Shown here: positions 34,217-46,265 of the stretch, piece by piece | Position numbering within the stretch: the stretch's first letter is position 1 | How the letters are laid out: the number at the start of each line of letters is the position of its first letter | NCBI GenBank assembly: GCA_045159875.1 | Contig: CP067995.1 | Location: forward strand, 2,848,001-2,912,000 | Length of the DNA: 64,000 nucleotides | Reading direction: 5' to 3' | Source: a cyanobacterium endosymbiont of Rhopalodia gibba | Lineage (GTDB): Bacteria > Cyanobacteriota > Cyanobacteriia > Cyanobacteriales > Microcystaceae | Position numbers and translations under genes: made by a program | The notes under the pieces: generated by a model | What the model was told of the DNA's origin: nothing | The model's database searches: none | The model's input: only the letters and a program-made list of their open reading frames with translations

Positions 34217-36301
34217 ATGAGCAACGCAAGTATAAACAATAACTCTTTACTCATTGGGGAAGGACTTCCCCCGTTTCATAAAATTCGGACTGATCAAATA
34301 GTTCTGGCTATAACCGAATTACTTGAAAACTTAGATACTCAATTAACTAACCTAGAAACTAATGTCACTCCCACTTGGGAAGGATTGGTGGAACCTTTAA
34401 CAGAAATTGAAGAACGGTTAAGGTGGAGTTGGGGAATTGTCGAACATTTAATGTCAGTCAAAAATAGTCAAGAATTGCGGAAGGCTTATGAAAAATCTCA
34501 ACCTTATGTTGTTCACTTTATCAATAAAATCAACCAAAGTCAGTTTTTGTATAAGGCATTTAAAGCTCTGCAAAACAGTGAGGGATGGAATACCCTAGGA
34601 TCTGCCCAGAAGCGTATTGTTGAGACAGCTATCCGTGAAGCAGAACTCGCTGGGGTAGGGTTAGAAGGAGAAAACCGAGAACGATTTAATCAAATCCAAT
34701 TAGAATTGGCAGAACTTTCTACTAAGTTTTCTAACAATGTTTTTGATGCAACCAAAGCATTCAGACTGAAATTAAAAACAAAAAAAGAAGTTGATGGTTT
34801 ACCTGCTAGTTTGCTGAATTTAGCTGCTCAAACAGCTAGATCTGAAGGTGAAGAAAATGCTACCCCAGAGACAGGACCTTGGGTTATTACACTTGATTAT
34901 CCTAGTTATGTCCCTTTTTTAAAAAAAAGTAGCAAACGAGACTTACGAGAAAAAGTTTATAAAGCTTTTTTAACTCGCGCTTCTAAAGGAAATTTAGATA
35001 ACAATCCCTTAATAGAACAGATTTTAGAATTACGCAGAGAAAAAGCTCAATTATTAGGCTACAATACTTATGCTGAAATCAGTTTAGCCCGCAAAATGGC
35101 TCCCGATGTAGAAACAGTTGAAAAACTTCTTGAAGAACTACGTCAAGTTAGTTATAAAGCTGCAGTTCAGGACTTAAAAACTTTAAAAACTTTCGCTCAA
35201 ACTGATAACTTAAAACACTGGGATATTAGTTTTTGGGCAGAAAAACAACGGGAAATGAAGTTTGATTTTACTGCCGAAGAATTGCGCCCTTATTTTCCTT
35301 TCCCTCAAGTATTAGAGGGCTTATTTACTCTAGCACAACGGCTCTTCCAGGTAACCATAACTCCTGCTGATGGTCAAGCCTCTGTATGGCACAAAGAGGT
35401 TCGTTATTTCCAGGTTAGCAATGAATCAGGAGAAACGATTGCCTATTTTTATCTTGACCCCTACAGTCGTCCACTAGAAAAACGAGAAGGGGCCTGGATG
35501 AATAATTGTATCAGCCGGGCAAAAATTAAAACAGACGGAAGATTTTATACTCGTTTACCTATCGCTTATCTTATCTGTAATCAAACCCCTCCTGTGGGGA
35601 AAGAACCTAGTTTAATGACCTTTGATGAAGTCCCTATTTTGTTCCATGAATTTGGTCACGGACTTCAACACATGTTAACTCAAGTAGATTATCCAGGGGC
35701 ATCAGGAATTAATAATATTGAATGGGATGCCGTAGAATTACCTAGTCAATTTATGGAAAATTGGTGTTATGATCGCCATACTTTATTTGACCTAGCTAAA
35801 CATTATAAAACAGGGGAAACTTTACCCGAACATTACTACCAAAAACTAGTAGCTGCACGTAATCATATGAGTGGTTTGTCCATGTTACGTCAGTTGCACT
35901 TTAGTTTTTTGGACTTAGAATTACACTATCGTTATAACCACCACAAAAAAGAAACTCCCTCTCAAGTATGTGATCGAATTTCCCAAAAAACAATGGTAAT
36001 GAACCCATTACCAGAAGACTCATTTTTATGTACTTTTTGTCATATTTTTTCAGGAAGCTATGCAGCTGGTTACTACAGTTATAAATGGGCAGAAATATTA
36101 AGCGCAGATGCTTTTGCTGCTTTTGAAGAAGTAGGTTTAGAAAATTATCAAGCTATTGTAAAAGTAGGTCAAAAATTTCGGGATACGGTATTAGCGTTGG
36201 GAGGTAGTGTTCACCCAATGGAAGTATTTAAAACTTTTCGAGGAAGAAACTCTAAAACTGAATCTTTACTAAAACATCGTGGCTTATTACAGTATTTGTA
36301 A
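34217..36301 (+). CDS. prlC: oligopeptidase A (peptidase M3)
   Basis: FHEFGHGLQH zinc motif, WDAVELPSQFMENW, YAAGYYSYKWAE. Confidence 0.95.
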   Translation: MSNASINNNSLLIGEGLPPFHKIRTDQIVLAITELLENLDTQLTNLETNVTPTWEGLVEPLTEIEERLRWSWGIVEHLMSVKNSQELRKAYEKSQPYVVHFINKINQSQFLYKAFKALQNSEGWNTLGSAQKRIVETAIREAELAGVGLEGENRERFNQIQLELAELSTKFSNNVFDATKAFRLKLKTKKEVDGLPASLLNLAAQTARSEGEENATPETGPWVITLDYPSYVPFLKKSSKRDLREKVYKAFLTRASKGNLDNNPLIEQILELRREKAQLLGYNTYAEISLARKMAPDVETVEKLLEELRQVSYKAAVQDLKTLKTFAQTDNLKHWDISFWAEKQREMKFDFTAEELRPYFPFPQVLEGLFTLAQRLFQVTITPADGQASVWHKEVRYFQVSNESGETIAYFYLDPYSRPLEKREGAWMNNCISRAKIKTDGRFYTRLPIAYLICNQTPPVGKEPSLMTFDEVPILFHEFGHGLQHMLTQVDYPGASGINNIEWDAVELPSQFMENWCYDRHTLFDLAKHYKTGETLPEHYYQKLVAARNHMSGLSMLRQLHFSFLDLELHYRYNHHKKETPSQVCDRISQKTMVMNPLPEDSFLCTFCHIFSGSYAAGYYSYKWAEILSADAFAAFEEVGLENYQAIVKVGQKFRDTVLALGGSVHPMEVFKTFRGRNSKTESLLKHRGLLQYL

Positions 36302-36370
36302 CAGTACAATTTGTGTTTTTTTTATTAAAACTTAAAAATAAACAACTGTTGACTCCAGAGTTATCCTAAC

Positions 36371-36396
36371 TCAGAAATCTCTTTCTAGATTTCTGA
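36371..36396 (+). terminator. hairpin downstream of prlC
   Basis: tcagaaatct-ctttct-agatttctga. Confidence 0.5.
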
Positions 36397-36434
36397 TAGT
36401 TTGCTATTTTTAAACGTGAGTTTGACGAAAATTT

Positions 36435-37060
36435 ATGGAGAGAAATAAAAACAATATATTTACACCAGAAGTAGTATTTATTGAGGTCTAGTATCATAGA
36501 TATAAAATCTGTTTTCAATCTCACTGAAGCATTTTGTAATCTAGAACGCTTTCGTTAAATATTTGAACAGCATTCTCATTACGTTCTTCAATTGAAAAAT
36601 TGACAGCGCATATTAGAGAAAGAAGATATTGTTCTCGTTTAAAAATAAGTGAAACTATGACTTTGAGGACCCAGGATATATTGTTCAGCAATTCTTTGAT
36701 ATGAAACTATTTTAGAACCCGGCTATTTTAAGTTTAAGAAATTCGAAAATTCAAAATAAATTTTACTTAAAAAAGTGGCTTTTTCTTTGGACATTGTAGC
36801 AAGTAGAAAAATGAATTTAATAAAACTATTTGAGTTCCCCCGTCGGTCTATTTTTACTGTCGCTAAAAGAAAAGGAATAGAACACCCTATTTTAATTTTA
36901 CAGTATCTTGTTTTGATTATTTGGGAAAAATAGTAAAAGGTACAAGAGAAAACCCAAGTAAAGCTTTAGAGTTTTTACTTTTCGGTGAACTCGAAGCAGT
37001 GTATTTTTTACTTTGTGCCTCCTGTTTTACCTCTGACTGTATTATTTAAACTTATCAATA
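36435..37060 (+). pseudogene. unidentified pseudogene
   Basis: fragments EAFCNLERFR*IFEQH, YDFEDPGYIVQQFFD, RRSIFTVAKRKGIEHPILIL and KALEFLLFGELEAVYF with stops and frameshifts. Confidence 0.45.
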
Positions 37061-37129
37061 AAAAGAGTCTTTAGGGTAAGAGCTTACCTCCTGAAACTAT
37101 TTAATTTTTAGATAATTAGTTTCATTTAG

Positions 37130-38030
37130 ATAGATTGAAGCAAAGAAACCACAAAATATCAGTTGCATTAAAAAATCAAGCAATACTCTATAGATTCGAT
37201 TATTTAAAGCGTATAAAATGATTAAGTTTAAGACTAATTAAAAAAATTAACAACTAGTAGAATATTTTCCAGTTAATTATAGTTTTGCTAATCGTCTTTT
37301 TCGATGTCATGAAATAATAAAAAACATAAAAATACTCCCTTATCTCCGGAAAAAATTTCCCTAAATTAAGACAGAAAAACTACTAGAAACAATACTACTC
37401 TACCCCTACTAAGGTTAACACTTACTTAGGCAACAAAATGAGTGTTATAATTAATAATTACATTATATGTTGTTTAGTCTAAAAACTTAAGTTACCCTCA
37501 CGAAAAGACTTCATGTCTTGATACTTTACACAGATGAAGTATTGAGCGTTACTCAGATAGCTCAAACTTTCAAACCTAGTTGTTATAGATAAAACTGTAG
37601 TTTATCCAGCTGTTCTTGTCACTATGCCAAAGAAAATAAAGTCAAATATATCACGTTAATTGGAGCGCTTGCTACATCAGGTTTTCTGGCTGTTTTAACT
37701 TATGTTACAGAAGTATTTATATCACAATTGTGGCTAGTAAAAGCTTGTGTCGTTACGGATAGTTTATAAACTCATAAATCAATAAAAACTAGAGAAATAG
37801 TAAAATCTTTAGAAGCAGAAGTTATGTTTCATTTCCTCATTTTTTTAATTTCAATTAAATTTAAAATTACTGGTTAAAAATTAAATAATTTTCACAAATT
37901 TAAAAATTTTGAAATTCTAGAGAACTCAATCAGGCTATCAATGAAGTGATTGATTCAGTAACCGATGAAGATACAATTGGCTAGTTTGTCTACTGCTGTT
38001 GTTATGAGCTACGTAACTGAGACCCTTTGC
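37130..38030 (+). mobile_element. full-length degraded IS630-family element
   Basis: NITLIGALA, SQLW..ACVVTDSL*THK, RELNQAINEVIDSVTDEDTIG*FVYCC; 5' part similar to 16560-16710. Confidence 0.8.
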
Positions 38031-38269
38031 AATAATAGAACTACAAATATAAAATAAAATTGTAGATAATCAAAGAGTTGAAAATATCTCGCTAGATATC
38101 TTTAATATTGTCTCAGGCATTAGTTTATTATAAATGACCATTAGTTCTAGATTGAATAATGTTGCTTTGGTTGATATTCCAGTTTTCATTGTTCCTCCCT
38201 GCGAATAGTAAGTCGTGGGTAACTAAAAATTAAAAATAATCTAAAGTTAACAAGAGATAGACACACAAT

Positions 38270-38620
38270 TAAATGAATGAAGTCAGAACTTTGGTAAACA
38301 TAATATTTTTAAAAAATTATTGACGAGTCACATAATGTTGAAAGTTTATCTCATGCAATTGACATCAATTCTAATAAAATTAATGCTCATCATAAATAGA
38401 GATTTAGTTGATAAAAGTTGGGAGATAAATAAACAGCTATTGAAAATTATACTGAAGTTTTACATATTTATTCTAGTTATGTTAAAGTTTACTCTTATCA
38501 AGATATTATTCTAGCAAGGTTAGGGAACTATAAACAAGCGGAAAAATTTAGATCTATCCACCAAATACGACTTTAAGCAAGACGATTTTAAGGGTTATTG
38601 TAAAGCCATAAATATTAACA
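38270..38620 (+). pseudogene. TPR-repeat protein pseudogene
   Basis: SHAIDINSNKINAHHK...LGDK*TAIENYTEVL.I...Y..VY......ARLGNYKQA. Confidence 0.65.
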
Positions 38621-40609
38621 ATTAATTATTATAATAATAGTTCTTTTTTTTAAAAAAATAGATAGCTTTGGACTCATTTATTGATTGTTATGAACAGTAA
38701 AAAATAGACAATAATGAAGTAAATATTAAACTTATTAAAGTGATTTTTATTGTATTTTTTTTATTTAAAAATTAATTTTAAAGTGTTACTTATGAACTAA
38801 AATTATGTGATTGTTTTTCGCAATTTTAGGAAATAAATAGTATTCAATGTAATCAATTTTTTAAAAAATTAACTTGTTAGTTATGGACTTTTTAAAAGTT
38901 TATCAGAGAAGTTATTTGAAGGCTATTTTTCGTTTATTCAAAATAATATTCTATTTTTTCAAACCTATTGCGTAAAAATTAAAAATACATAAATAAAGTT
39001 TAATTATGCTTTTAATGAGCCTAATTATATAGGCAATATAGTAGCGTATTTTAGATTTTAATTAAATTAAAGTCCGATCAAGGTTCTTGCTTTGTTTGTA
39101 TTTTAAATATCAAATCAGACACAAATAACTCCAACAACAACTTGTGTATATTATACTTCAACTATCAGTAAACTTTATCAAAATAAAAAATTCACTATTA
39201 AAGATTCGTCGTGAGCAGAGAAAACGGTCTATCTCAAGATAGATCATCGTCACCTGAAATTTAATTAATGTCAATAACATTAGCAGAATGATTAGGCTAA
39301 CTTAAAAAGAAAATAACATATCCTGAAAGATTAAAAATAAGAATGTAGCTAAAAGGAATGGAGTGAGCGAAAAAAAATAAAAACAATATCTAAGGATTTA
39401 AATTAAGCATTACAAATGTAAAAAGTTAAGACACTAAAACGGTCAACAACTGATAGAATCACTATCCATTAAAAACAGAGAAATAAATTATTATATAGTG
39501 TTAGTATTTTTAGGTAAAATAGTTGCCGTAGAAATTATAAAAAGAAGAATTTATTGAAAAGAAGTAAAATAAGTTGACACCAAGATTAAAGAAGTTAGTC
39601 TAGATTTTTTCAAAAACTCAATATTGTAAATGAATTAATGCCATAAACTGAAGTAGTAACGGATAGATTTTAATCCTATTGAACAAGTTAATACTAAGCT
39701 AAGCGATTTTAAAAAATTTTCACGAAAAAGTCCGAATATATTAAAAATTATGTTAAATTTAAATAAAAAAAAATATATTTTATTAAAAAGTAATAACATT
39801 TAAGAGAAAAAACACAAGTAGAAGTAAACTAGGTATATAAAACTTTATCAATTAAGATAAAAAATAAATTTTTTTCGAAAAATCTAGATTAGGTATCAGA
39901 TTTATTTAAATTAGCTGATTGGCATTAAAAATATTATTTTTTATCTTAAAAAGTTATTGAATAGTTAGTCAGAATATTCAAATTTAAAAATTAGTTAGCA
40001 CAATTAATGAAGTAAGAACTATCAAAGTTTACTCACGATTTAAAAAAATATTTAGAACAAAAATAAGAGCAGAAATATTTTCTTTAAATATCAAACAATG
40101 AAAAGCAAAATGAATTGAAAATTGGGAAAATTTATTACATAATATAAAAAGTTAAAAAATAAAAAAGAAAGGCAATATCGATTTAACTGTAATTGCTTAA
40201 ATGTAAAAATGCACAATTATTTTTTTAAAGTTTGTTTAAATTTACTTGAGCTATGTTGTCCGTGGAGGAATCTGTAGTGGTTTAAATTAATTTGCTAACT
40301 CTTAATTTTAAAGCAGTGAGAGTTCGTCACAACGCTGTCTGGCTCCAACTACCGTTCCAGAAATCCCTGAATGCAAAGTGGATGTGGAAAAGTCAAAGGT
40401 TTATTTTATGACCAAAATTTGGGACTTTTGGGTTTCTTTTCTGGATGTTGCTCCTCAACTCCAGAGCTTTTAGTTAAAGTTTTTTTTGTAAAGCAGACCT
40501 GTCTGAACTGGCTATAACTAAGCTATTGACTATCTATGTATAAGTTATTCTCAAGTAGACGTCATTCCTATTTCTCCTTTCTGAGTGAATTATTCTACTT
40601 CTACTTACT

Positions 40610-40643
40610 ACTGAGTCGTTTGATCAACTGAGTCGTTTGATCA
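40610..40643. repeat. perfect 17-bp tandem duplication
   Basis: actgagtcgtttgatca x2. Confidence 0.92.
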
Positions 40644-40750
40644 TTTGCTCAAAGGAAGGAAACAGTTAACAGTAAATGCTTTCAAGGATTAGAAATGTTC
40701 TAAGATATGGGGCTATTTATTATGATATCCGAAGAAATTTTTTTTAGGGG

Positions 40751-40780
40751 TTGACAAATGCCAGTTAATTTAGTTATATT
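40751..40780 (+). promoter_or_regulatory. sigma70-type promoter of tRNA-Asp
   Basis: TTGACA (40751-40756), 18-nt spacer, TATATT (40775-40780). Confidence 0.75.
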
Positions 40781-40799
40781 TGTAAACGGTTTGAAGAAT

Positions 40800-40873
40800 G
40801 GGACTGTAGTTCAATTGGTTAGAGCACCGCCCTGTCACGGCGGAAGTTGCGGGTTCGAGCCCCGTCAGTCCCG
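40800..40873 (+). tRNA. trnD: tRNA-Asp(GUC)
   Basis: GGGACTG/CAGTCCC acceptor, CCGCC-CTGTCAC-GGCGG anticodon arm, GGTTCGAGCC T-arm. Confidence 0.97.
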
Positions 40874-40899
40874 TACAAATAAAACTGATTTAAAGAAAA

Positions 40900-41420
40900 C
40901 CGTCGGCGATTTGACACTTTGTTGTTGCTTCTAGGTACATAGTTGAGGGGGGAGATTCTTCCCGACGAATTGCGTGGGTGTATAGCGTAGATTTTCCTAG
41001 CTTACAATTAAGATTTTACTGCTTCAGTAGTCTTTTCTAGATAGAAAATGTTGCTATTCATCTACTCTTGTTCGGATACTTCGCCGGGTCAGGACTAAAG
41101 ATTATCTATGGCTTATAATGTATATGTATCATTTTTAACTACTAGAAAGACTGTTTTGAGCTTCTTAAGATTGTTGATTATCTGGCACAACTTAAACTTA
41201 GGTAGTCCCCACTACTGGCTAAAGCGGGCGGGGCTTGTACCTTTATTTTAGCCCGTTTCTAGGGGTCGATTGACTATCCTCTGTTAGTCTTCCTAGCTTC
41301 ATTGTTAAGCCCTTACTTGGCTTTAATTTAAATGCTAAAACATTGCGGATATTCCCTACAATTGGATACATTATACTTAATGTATAGCGCTGAGTTTTCC
41401 AGGTGGGAGCTAACTTCATT
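40900..41420 (+). pseudogene. unidentified membrane protein pseudogene
   Basis: GC-rich; hydrophobic fragments LFGYFAGSGLKII, AKAGGACTFILARF*GSIDYPLLVFLASLLSPYL. Confidence 0.4.
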
Positions 41421-42686
41421 TAAGTCTTAATTATCTTTGCAAAATAAAATCGAACAACATCGTTTTTAAAATACTTTTCAGCACTTTAACTTTCCTTAAT
41501 TAGTTTTAATAAGCGATTGTTTAATTTTTTATTTATATCTGTAAATTTTTAGTAATTACTATTTACAAATAAGATTTCTATTATATAAAAAATTTTTTTT
41601 AAAAGAAACTAATTATTTCCTCTCGTATAATTTGGACAGAGACATTAAGCTAAAATTTTTGACAACATCAGTTAAAAATGTTTGCCTCTATTTAAGAATA
41701 CTATCTTTTTTTTATTGTATTTCTAACCTAGAAAAGAATTTATATTTCTATATATATAACTAATGAATTAACTTTAGTTAATCTTTTTAAGAAGTTTTTA
41801 ATGACTATCTTATCAATATCTAACTCTCAAGCTAATAAGGTAAATTACTTATTTAAGTATTGAATAAATTAACAGGTTCATAAGTTCCTCTTGGCTAGAA
41901 ATAATTTACCTTATCATGAGTAATTTTTGAATTGTTTTTAATAAACAATTCCAGTCTGAATATTGGGATTCAGCAAAACATATAAGCATAGAGGGATAAA
42001 TGATACTCAGCCATTGATTTCTTCATAAAAGTTACGATAACTCCCATTTATTTGATCAGTTTTCTGCTCTTTATTTTTGGTAATAGCTTTATGTTTTCAG
42101 GCAGCTTATATTTAAGTTTATCTGTAAATGCGTAATTTCTAGCACATAGGATAGTCAATCGAATTCTATTTCAAAACTAAAAATCCTTTTTTAGAAGACG
42201 TAGGATTTTTATCCTCTCACGGCAACATAGTTTTCTATCTTGCTTAATACAAATTTACCCACTGATTCTAGCTACTAACTAACTTCATTATCTGATACTA
42301 TACTCAATAGTATTACAAGAATAGAAGATGCCACAGACTTATCAGTAAATTTTAGCTTGGCAGCTATTGATTATAACGACACAAACAAAAAACTGACGCT
42401 ATTCAAACTGCTTTATTATCTAATAATTTTGTTCAATCAAACAAAATACTATCCCAATTTTTAATTCCTGAACAAAGAATAGTTCAGGAGTTGCTTTAGC
42501 CTTTGTTTAGAATCTCTAAGGGTAAATTAGCAAAACAAGAGCTAAATTCGATTATAAAAATAACTAGATTTGTAAAAATAAACATTATTGAGATTTGCTT
42601 ATAAATTTTTAATTATTGTTTAATATTTAAATATAATATTTACTCCTTAAAAGTACAGAAAATCTGTTTCCTTGAAGGAGTAAACA

Positions 42687-43292
42687 TCATCTAAAAAATC
42701 TATTTTTTAGATAAAAGTCAACCTGCTGATAGAGTATATCTAGAGTCAAAGAATTATCTAAAACCACATCAGCTAAAGTTACTTTTTCTTCTAAAGAAAT
42801 CTGACTTTTTATTCTTTTTATAGCCTGTTCTTGAGTTATTTTATTATTTTTTATGAGTCGCTTAATTTGTTCTTCATAAGAACAGTAAACAACCCAAGTT
42901 TCTGTCACTAAAGTAGTTAACTTAACCTCAAAAAGTAGAGGAATGGATAAAATTATGATTGAAGATTTTAATCTACTTATTTCTTGCTTCAACTTATTCC
43001 TGACAAAAGGATGAATTTTACTTTCTAACCACTGTCTTTCCTCTAAATTATTAAAAATAATATCTCCTAATATCTGACGATTTAAGTGTCCATCGGGTAA
43101 CTGAATCAATTGGCCATAGCGAATAAAAATTTCTTGCAAGGTCGGGGAATTTGGTTGAACAGCTTCTCTAGCATAAATATCAGCATCTAAAATAGGGATT
43201 TGATAAATCTTATTAACGTAATTAGAAACTGTAGTTTTTCCTGTGGCAATTCCTCCAGTTAACCCAATAATTCTTTGTGAGTTCGTACTCAT
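42687..43292 (-). CDS. coaE: dephospho-CoA kinase
   Basis: IGLTGGIATGKT, DADIYARE, IHPFV, IPLLFE, ADVVLDN. Confidence 0.95.
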   Translation of the reverse strand: MSTNSQRIIGLTGGIATGKTTVSNYVNKIYQIPILDADIYAREAVQPNSPTLQEIFIRYGQLIQLPDGHLNRQILGDIIFNNLEERQWLESKIHPFVRNKLKQEISRLKSSIIILSIPLLFEVKLTTLVTETWVVYCSYEEQIKRLIKNNKITQEQAIKRIKSQISLEEKVTLADVVLDNSLTLDILYQQVDFYLKNRFFR

Positions 43293-43360
43293 TTCCTATC
43301 CCTATATTTTTAGCAGTTTTAATGTTACAGGCAAGTCTATCTTGTATGTTTTTAGGATAA

Positions 43361-43813
43361 ATGTTAGATATCCTAGAAAAAGAGAATCTTAGTCAGAAAG
43401 AATTTATGAATTTATCAATTTGTCCTAAATGTGAGGGAAATTTAGAAAAAGTTACTTATGAAAAGATCGAAGTAAATCGATGTTGTCAATGTCGGGGAAT
43501 TTGGTTGGACTCTTTAAAAGTCGAACAGCTAAAAAATATTAGAGGTTCTGAGACTATAGATCTAGGAAATTTTCAAAAGGAGAGTCCATCAGAATCATTA
43601 CAAAAAAAAGTAAATTGTCCCCGATGTCAAGTACCAATGCTCAAAATATTTGATTTTGACGAATATCCCCTTTGGTATGAAACTTGTTTAGAATGCCATG
43701 GTCTTTGGTTTGATGCAGGGGAGTTCCAACAATTTAAACAAAATTTTCAACATAAAGGATATTTAGCTCGAGCTATGAAAATCTTACGCTTTAAAAAAAA
43801 TATGCTACCATAA
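43361..43813 (+). CDS. zf-TFIIB (double zinc-ribbon) protein
   Basis: CPKC...C..C.GIWLD and CPRC...C..C.GLWFDAGE. Confidence 0.85.
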   Translation: MLDILEKENLSQKEFMNLSICPKCEGNLEKVTYEKIEVNRCCQCRGIWLDSLKVEQLKNIRGSETIDLGNFQKESPSESLQKKVNCPRCQVPMLKIFDFDEYPLWYETCLECHGLWFDAGEFQQFKQNFQHKGYLARAMKILRFKKNMLP

Positions 43814-43919
43814 ATGGTGGGGAAAGTGGTGTCTTGCAACACTGTCGGCTGTGGGGTGTGCTATCAGCACTGGTAGGGCTCAACAGGGTATTGGCAACTT
43901 CGGGTGATTTAGATTAATT

Positions 43920-45080
43920 ATGTCCCAACGTCCCATTTACCTAGACTGTCATGCGACAACTCCCATGGATGAGCGGGTGCTAGAGGCGATGATGCCTTAT
44001 TTTACTCGATATTTTGGCAACTCTTCAAGTGCTAGTCATATTTATGGATGGGAAAGCGAAGCAGCTGTTAGGAAGGCTAGAGAGACCATAGCGGATGCTA
44101 TCAATTGTTGTCCTGAAGCAATTATTTTTACCAGTGGTGCAACAGAAGCTAATAATTTAGCAATCAAAGGAATTGCTGAGTCTTATTTTAATAAAGGACA
44201 ACATATAATTACCGTCCAAACTGAACATCGAGCAGTGTTGGATCCATGTCATTATTTGGAAACACTAGGATTTGAAGTCACCTTTTTACCCGTTCAAAAG
44301 AACGGATTAATCGATTTAGATGAATTAGAAAAAGCCATTCGTCCTGAGACAATTTTACTGTCAGTCATGGCAGCTAATAATGAAATTGGGGTAATTCAAC
44401 CTTTGGCAAAAATTGGGCAAATTTGTCATGCTCATCAAGTTTTGTTCCATAGCGATGCAGCGCAGGCGATCGGAAAAATTCCTCTAGATGTTCAAACTAT
44501 GAACTTAGATGTTATGTCTTTAACTGCCCACAAAGTTTATGGACCCAAGGGCATTGGGGCATTATATGTCCGTCCTCGTAATCCTAGAGTGCGCTTGGCT
44601 GCCCAGTTGCACGGAGGGGGACAGGAAAAAAGAGTACGAGCAGGAACTCTCTACACTCCCCAAATTGTAGGGTTTGCTAAAGCTGTGAAATTGGGATTAG
44701 AAGAAATAGAATCTGAGGGAAAACGTCAAAGTCAATTGCGCAATCACCTTTGGCATCGACTAAGTCAACTCGACGGTATCCATCTTAATGGTCACCCCAC
44801 TCAACGGTTACCGGGTAACCTTAACATTAGTGTTGAGAAGGTTGATGGATCTGCCTTATTACTAGGATTACAATCAACAGTAGCAATATCTTCAGGAGCT
44901 GCCTGTTCTTCGATTGAAACAACTCCTTCTCATGTTCTCCTAGCTTTAGGACATGAGGATTCCCTCGCTTATGCCTCCTTGCGCTTTGGACTAGGGCGAT
45001 TTACCACCACCCAAGAGATTAAGCAGGTGAGTGAGTCAACAGTAAATACCATTAAGTCTTTACGTCAAACCACTATCTAA
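43920..45080 (+). CDS. iscS: cysteine desulfurase (IscS/NifS family)
   Basis: YLDCHATTP, FTSGATEANN, ANNEIG, HSDAAQ, TAHKVYGPKGIG, SSGAACSS. Confidence 0.93.
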   Translation: MSQRPIYLDCHATTPMDERVLEAMMPYFTRYFGNSSSASHIYGWESEAAVRKARETIADAINCCPEAIIFTSGATEANNLAIKGIAESYFNKGQHIITVQTEHRAVLDPCHYLETLGFEVTFLPVQKNGLIDLDELEKAIRPETILLSVMAANNEIGVIQPLAKIGQICHAHQVLFHSDAAQAIGKIPLDVQTMNLDVMSLTAHKVYGPKGIGALYVRPRNPRVRLAAQLHGGGQEKRVRAGTLYTPQIVGFAKAVKLGLEEIESEGKRQSQLRNHLWHRLSQLDGIHLNGHPTQRLPGNLNISVEKVDGSALLLGLQSTVAISSGAACSSIETTPSHVLLALGHEDSLAYASLRFGLGRFTTTQEIKQVSESTVNTIKSLRQTTI

Positions 45081-45273
45081 CTGTAATTTTCAGTGATAAA
45101 TGGGGCAGTTAACTAATTTACTTAACAAAATCAATGTTATATAAAACCAATATATCTCTTTAAAGGAAACGATTTTGGTTAACTTATCCTTGTTAAGAAT
45201 CTATTAGGTAAAATCTTTGTTTAAGTTAAAATACGGCATAAATTTTAGTAGAACCAATGAGTAAGATGAGCTA

Positions 45274-46035
45274 ATGATTGAACAATCACTAAACTTACTG
45301 GAAGGAGAAAGAGAAGATATTAATCCTTCATCATCAAAGGAGTTTGATTTTAGTCCTTATCTCAGATAAGTCGGGCTGATTCCTCGAACAACCAGTTTGA
45401 CCACTTTTACTAGTTTGGTTCTCAGCGCGCAGAGTCCCTGTACTTACGTAGGTAATTTCTACTTACTCGTTGAGCCTATTACCTTAGCATGGACAGAAGA
45501 AGTTCCTAATGAAAGATTATTTGGTTTAGACTATTCAACAAATCTGGTGTTTTTAACCGGTCCAGAAATGACCTATAAAATTACCAAGTATGTTTATACA
45601 AAAGAAATATTTCGAGAAATGACTGTTATTTGGGAATAAGAGAAAATTTTGTCTTTTAACGCGTTAGTATCGAGGCAAGATTTGCTGTTTTGTATAAGAA
45701 AGAAAATTCGAGTTTATCCCGAAAGTATCATTTAAGATGTACCTATATATAGAGGATTTATAGATCTTAATTGCTGGAAAATTAACTTATGAGACTCCTA
45801 AAAAGTTATGGTCAATAGGATTACAAAAACTAATAGCCGAATCAGCCACACTCTATGAGCTCATAATTTATGATACGATTCACTTTCTGTATAATTCAAA
45901 TATTAAATTGATGGCAGCAAGAATCGATGACATTGTAATGGTAGTACAGATCAACAAAACATCAGTATCTTCAGTTGAAAAAGCGATTAAAGAAATTAGT
46001 CCTTTAAGACTACCTTTGTTAGTAACTGTTAATAA
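45274..46035 (+). pseudogene. wzc: Wzc/GumC-type polysaccharide chain-length protein pseudogene with a large internal deletion
   Basis: N-terminal YVGNFYLLVEP and LDYST fragments joined to C-terminal ELIIYDT..MAARIDDIVMVVQINKT...LPLLVTVNN; only about 760 bp. Confidence 0.7.
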
Positions 46036-46265
46036 TCAAGTTTATTAACTATTAATGATTATGGTCTTAGCTAACTTAGCCTACTAAATCTGCATCTCAA
46101 AATTTCTTAATTTTTTCTTAACATTTTTACAAAAACGCTGTATGTAACTTCTTTAAAGAAAAGGGGATGAAAACTAGCTCTAGGACCTCTTGTATAGTAA
46201 GAGCTTTATTGATGTTCTAGGTTAATCCAAATAATCAAAAATTTAATCATCCTCAACGCGTCAGT

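Noticed and set aside
38320..38514. 64-aa ORF
   Set aside because: Out-of-frame reading of the TPR pseudogene.
40800..42600. Integrated element at tRNA-Asp (also considered for tRNA-Ser)
   Set aside because: No integrase and no duplicated tRNA 3' end seen.
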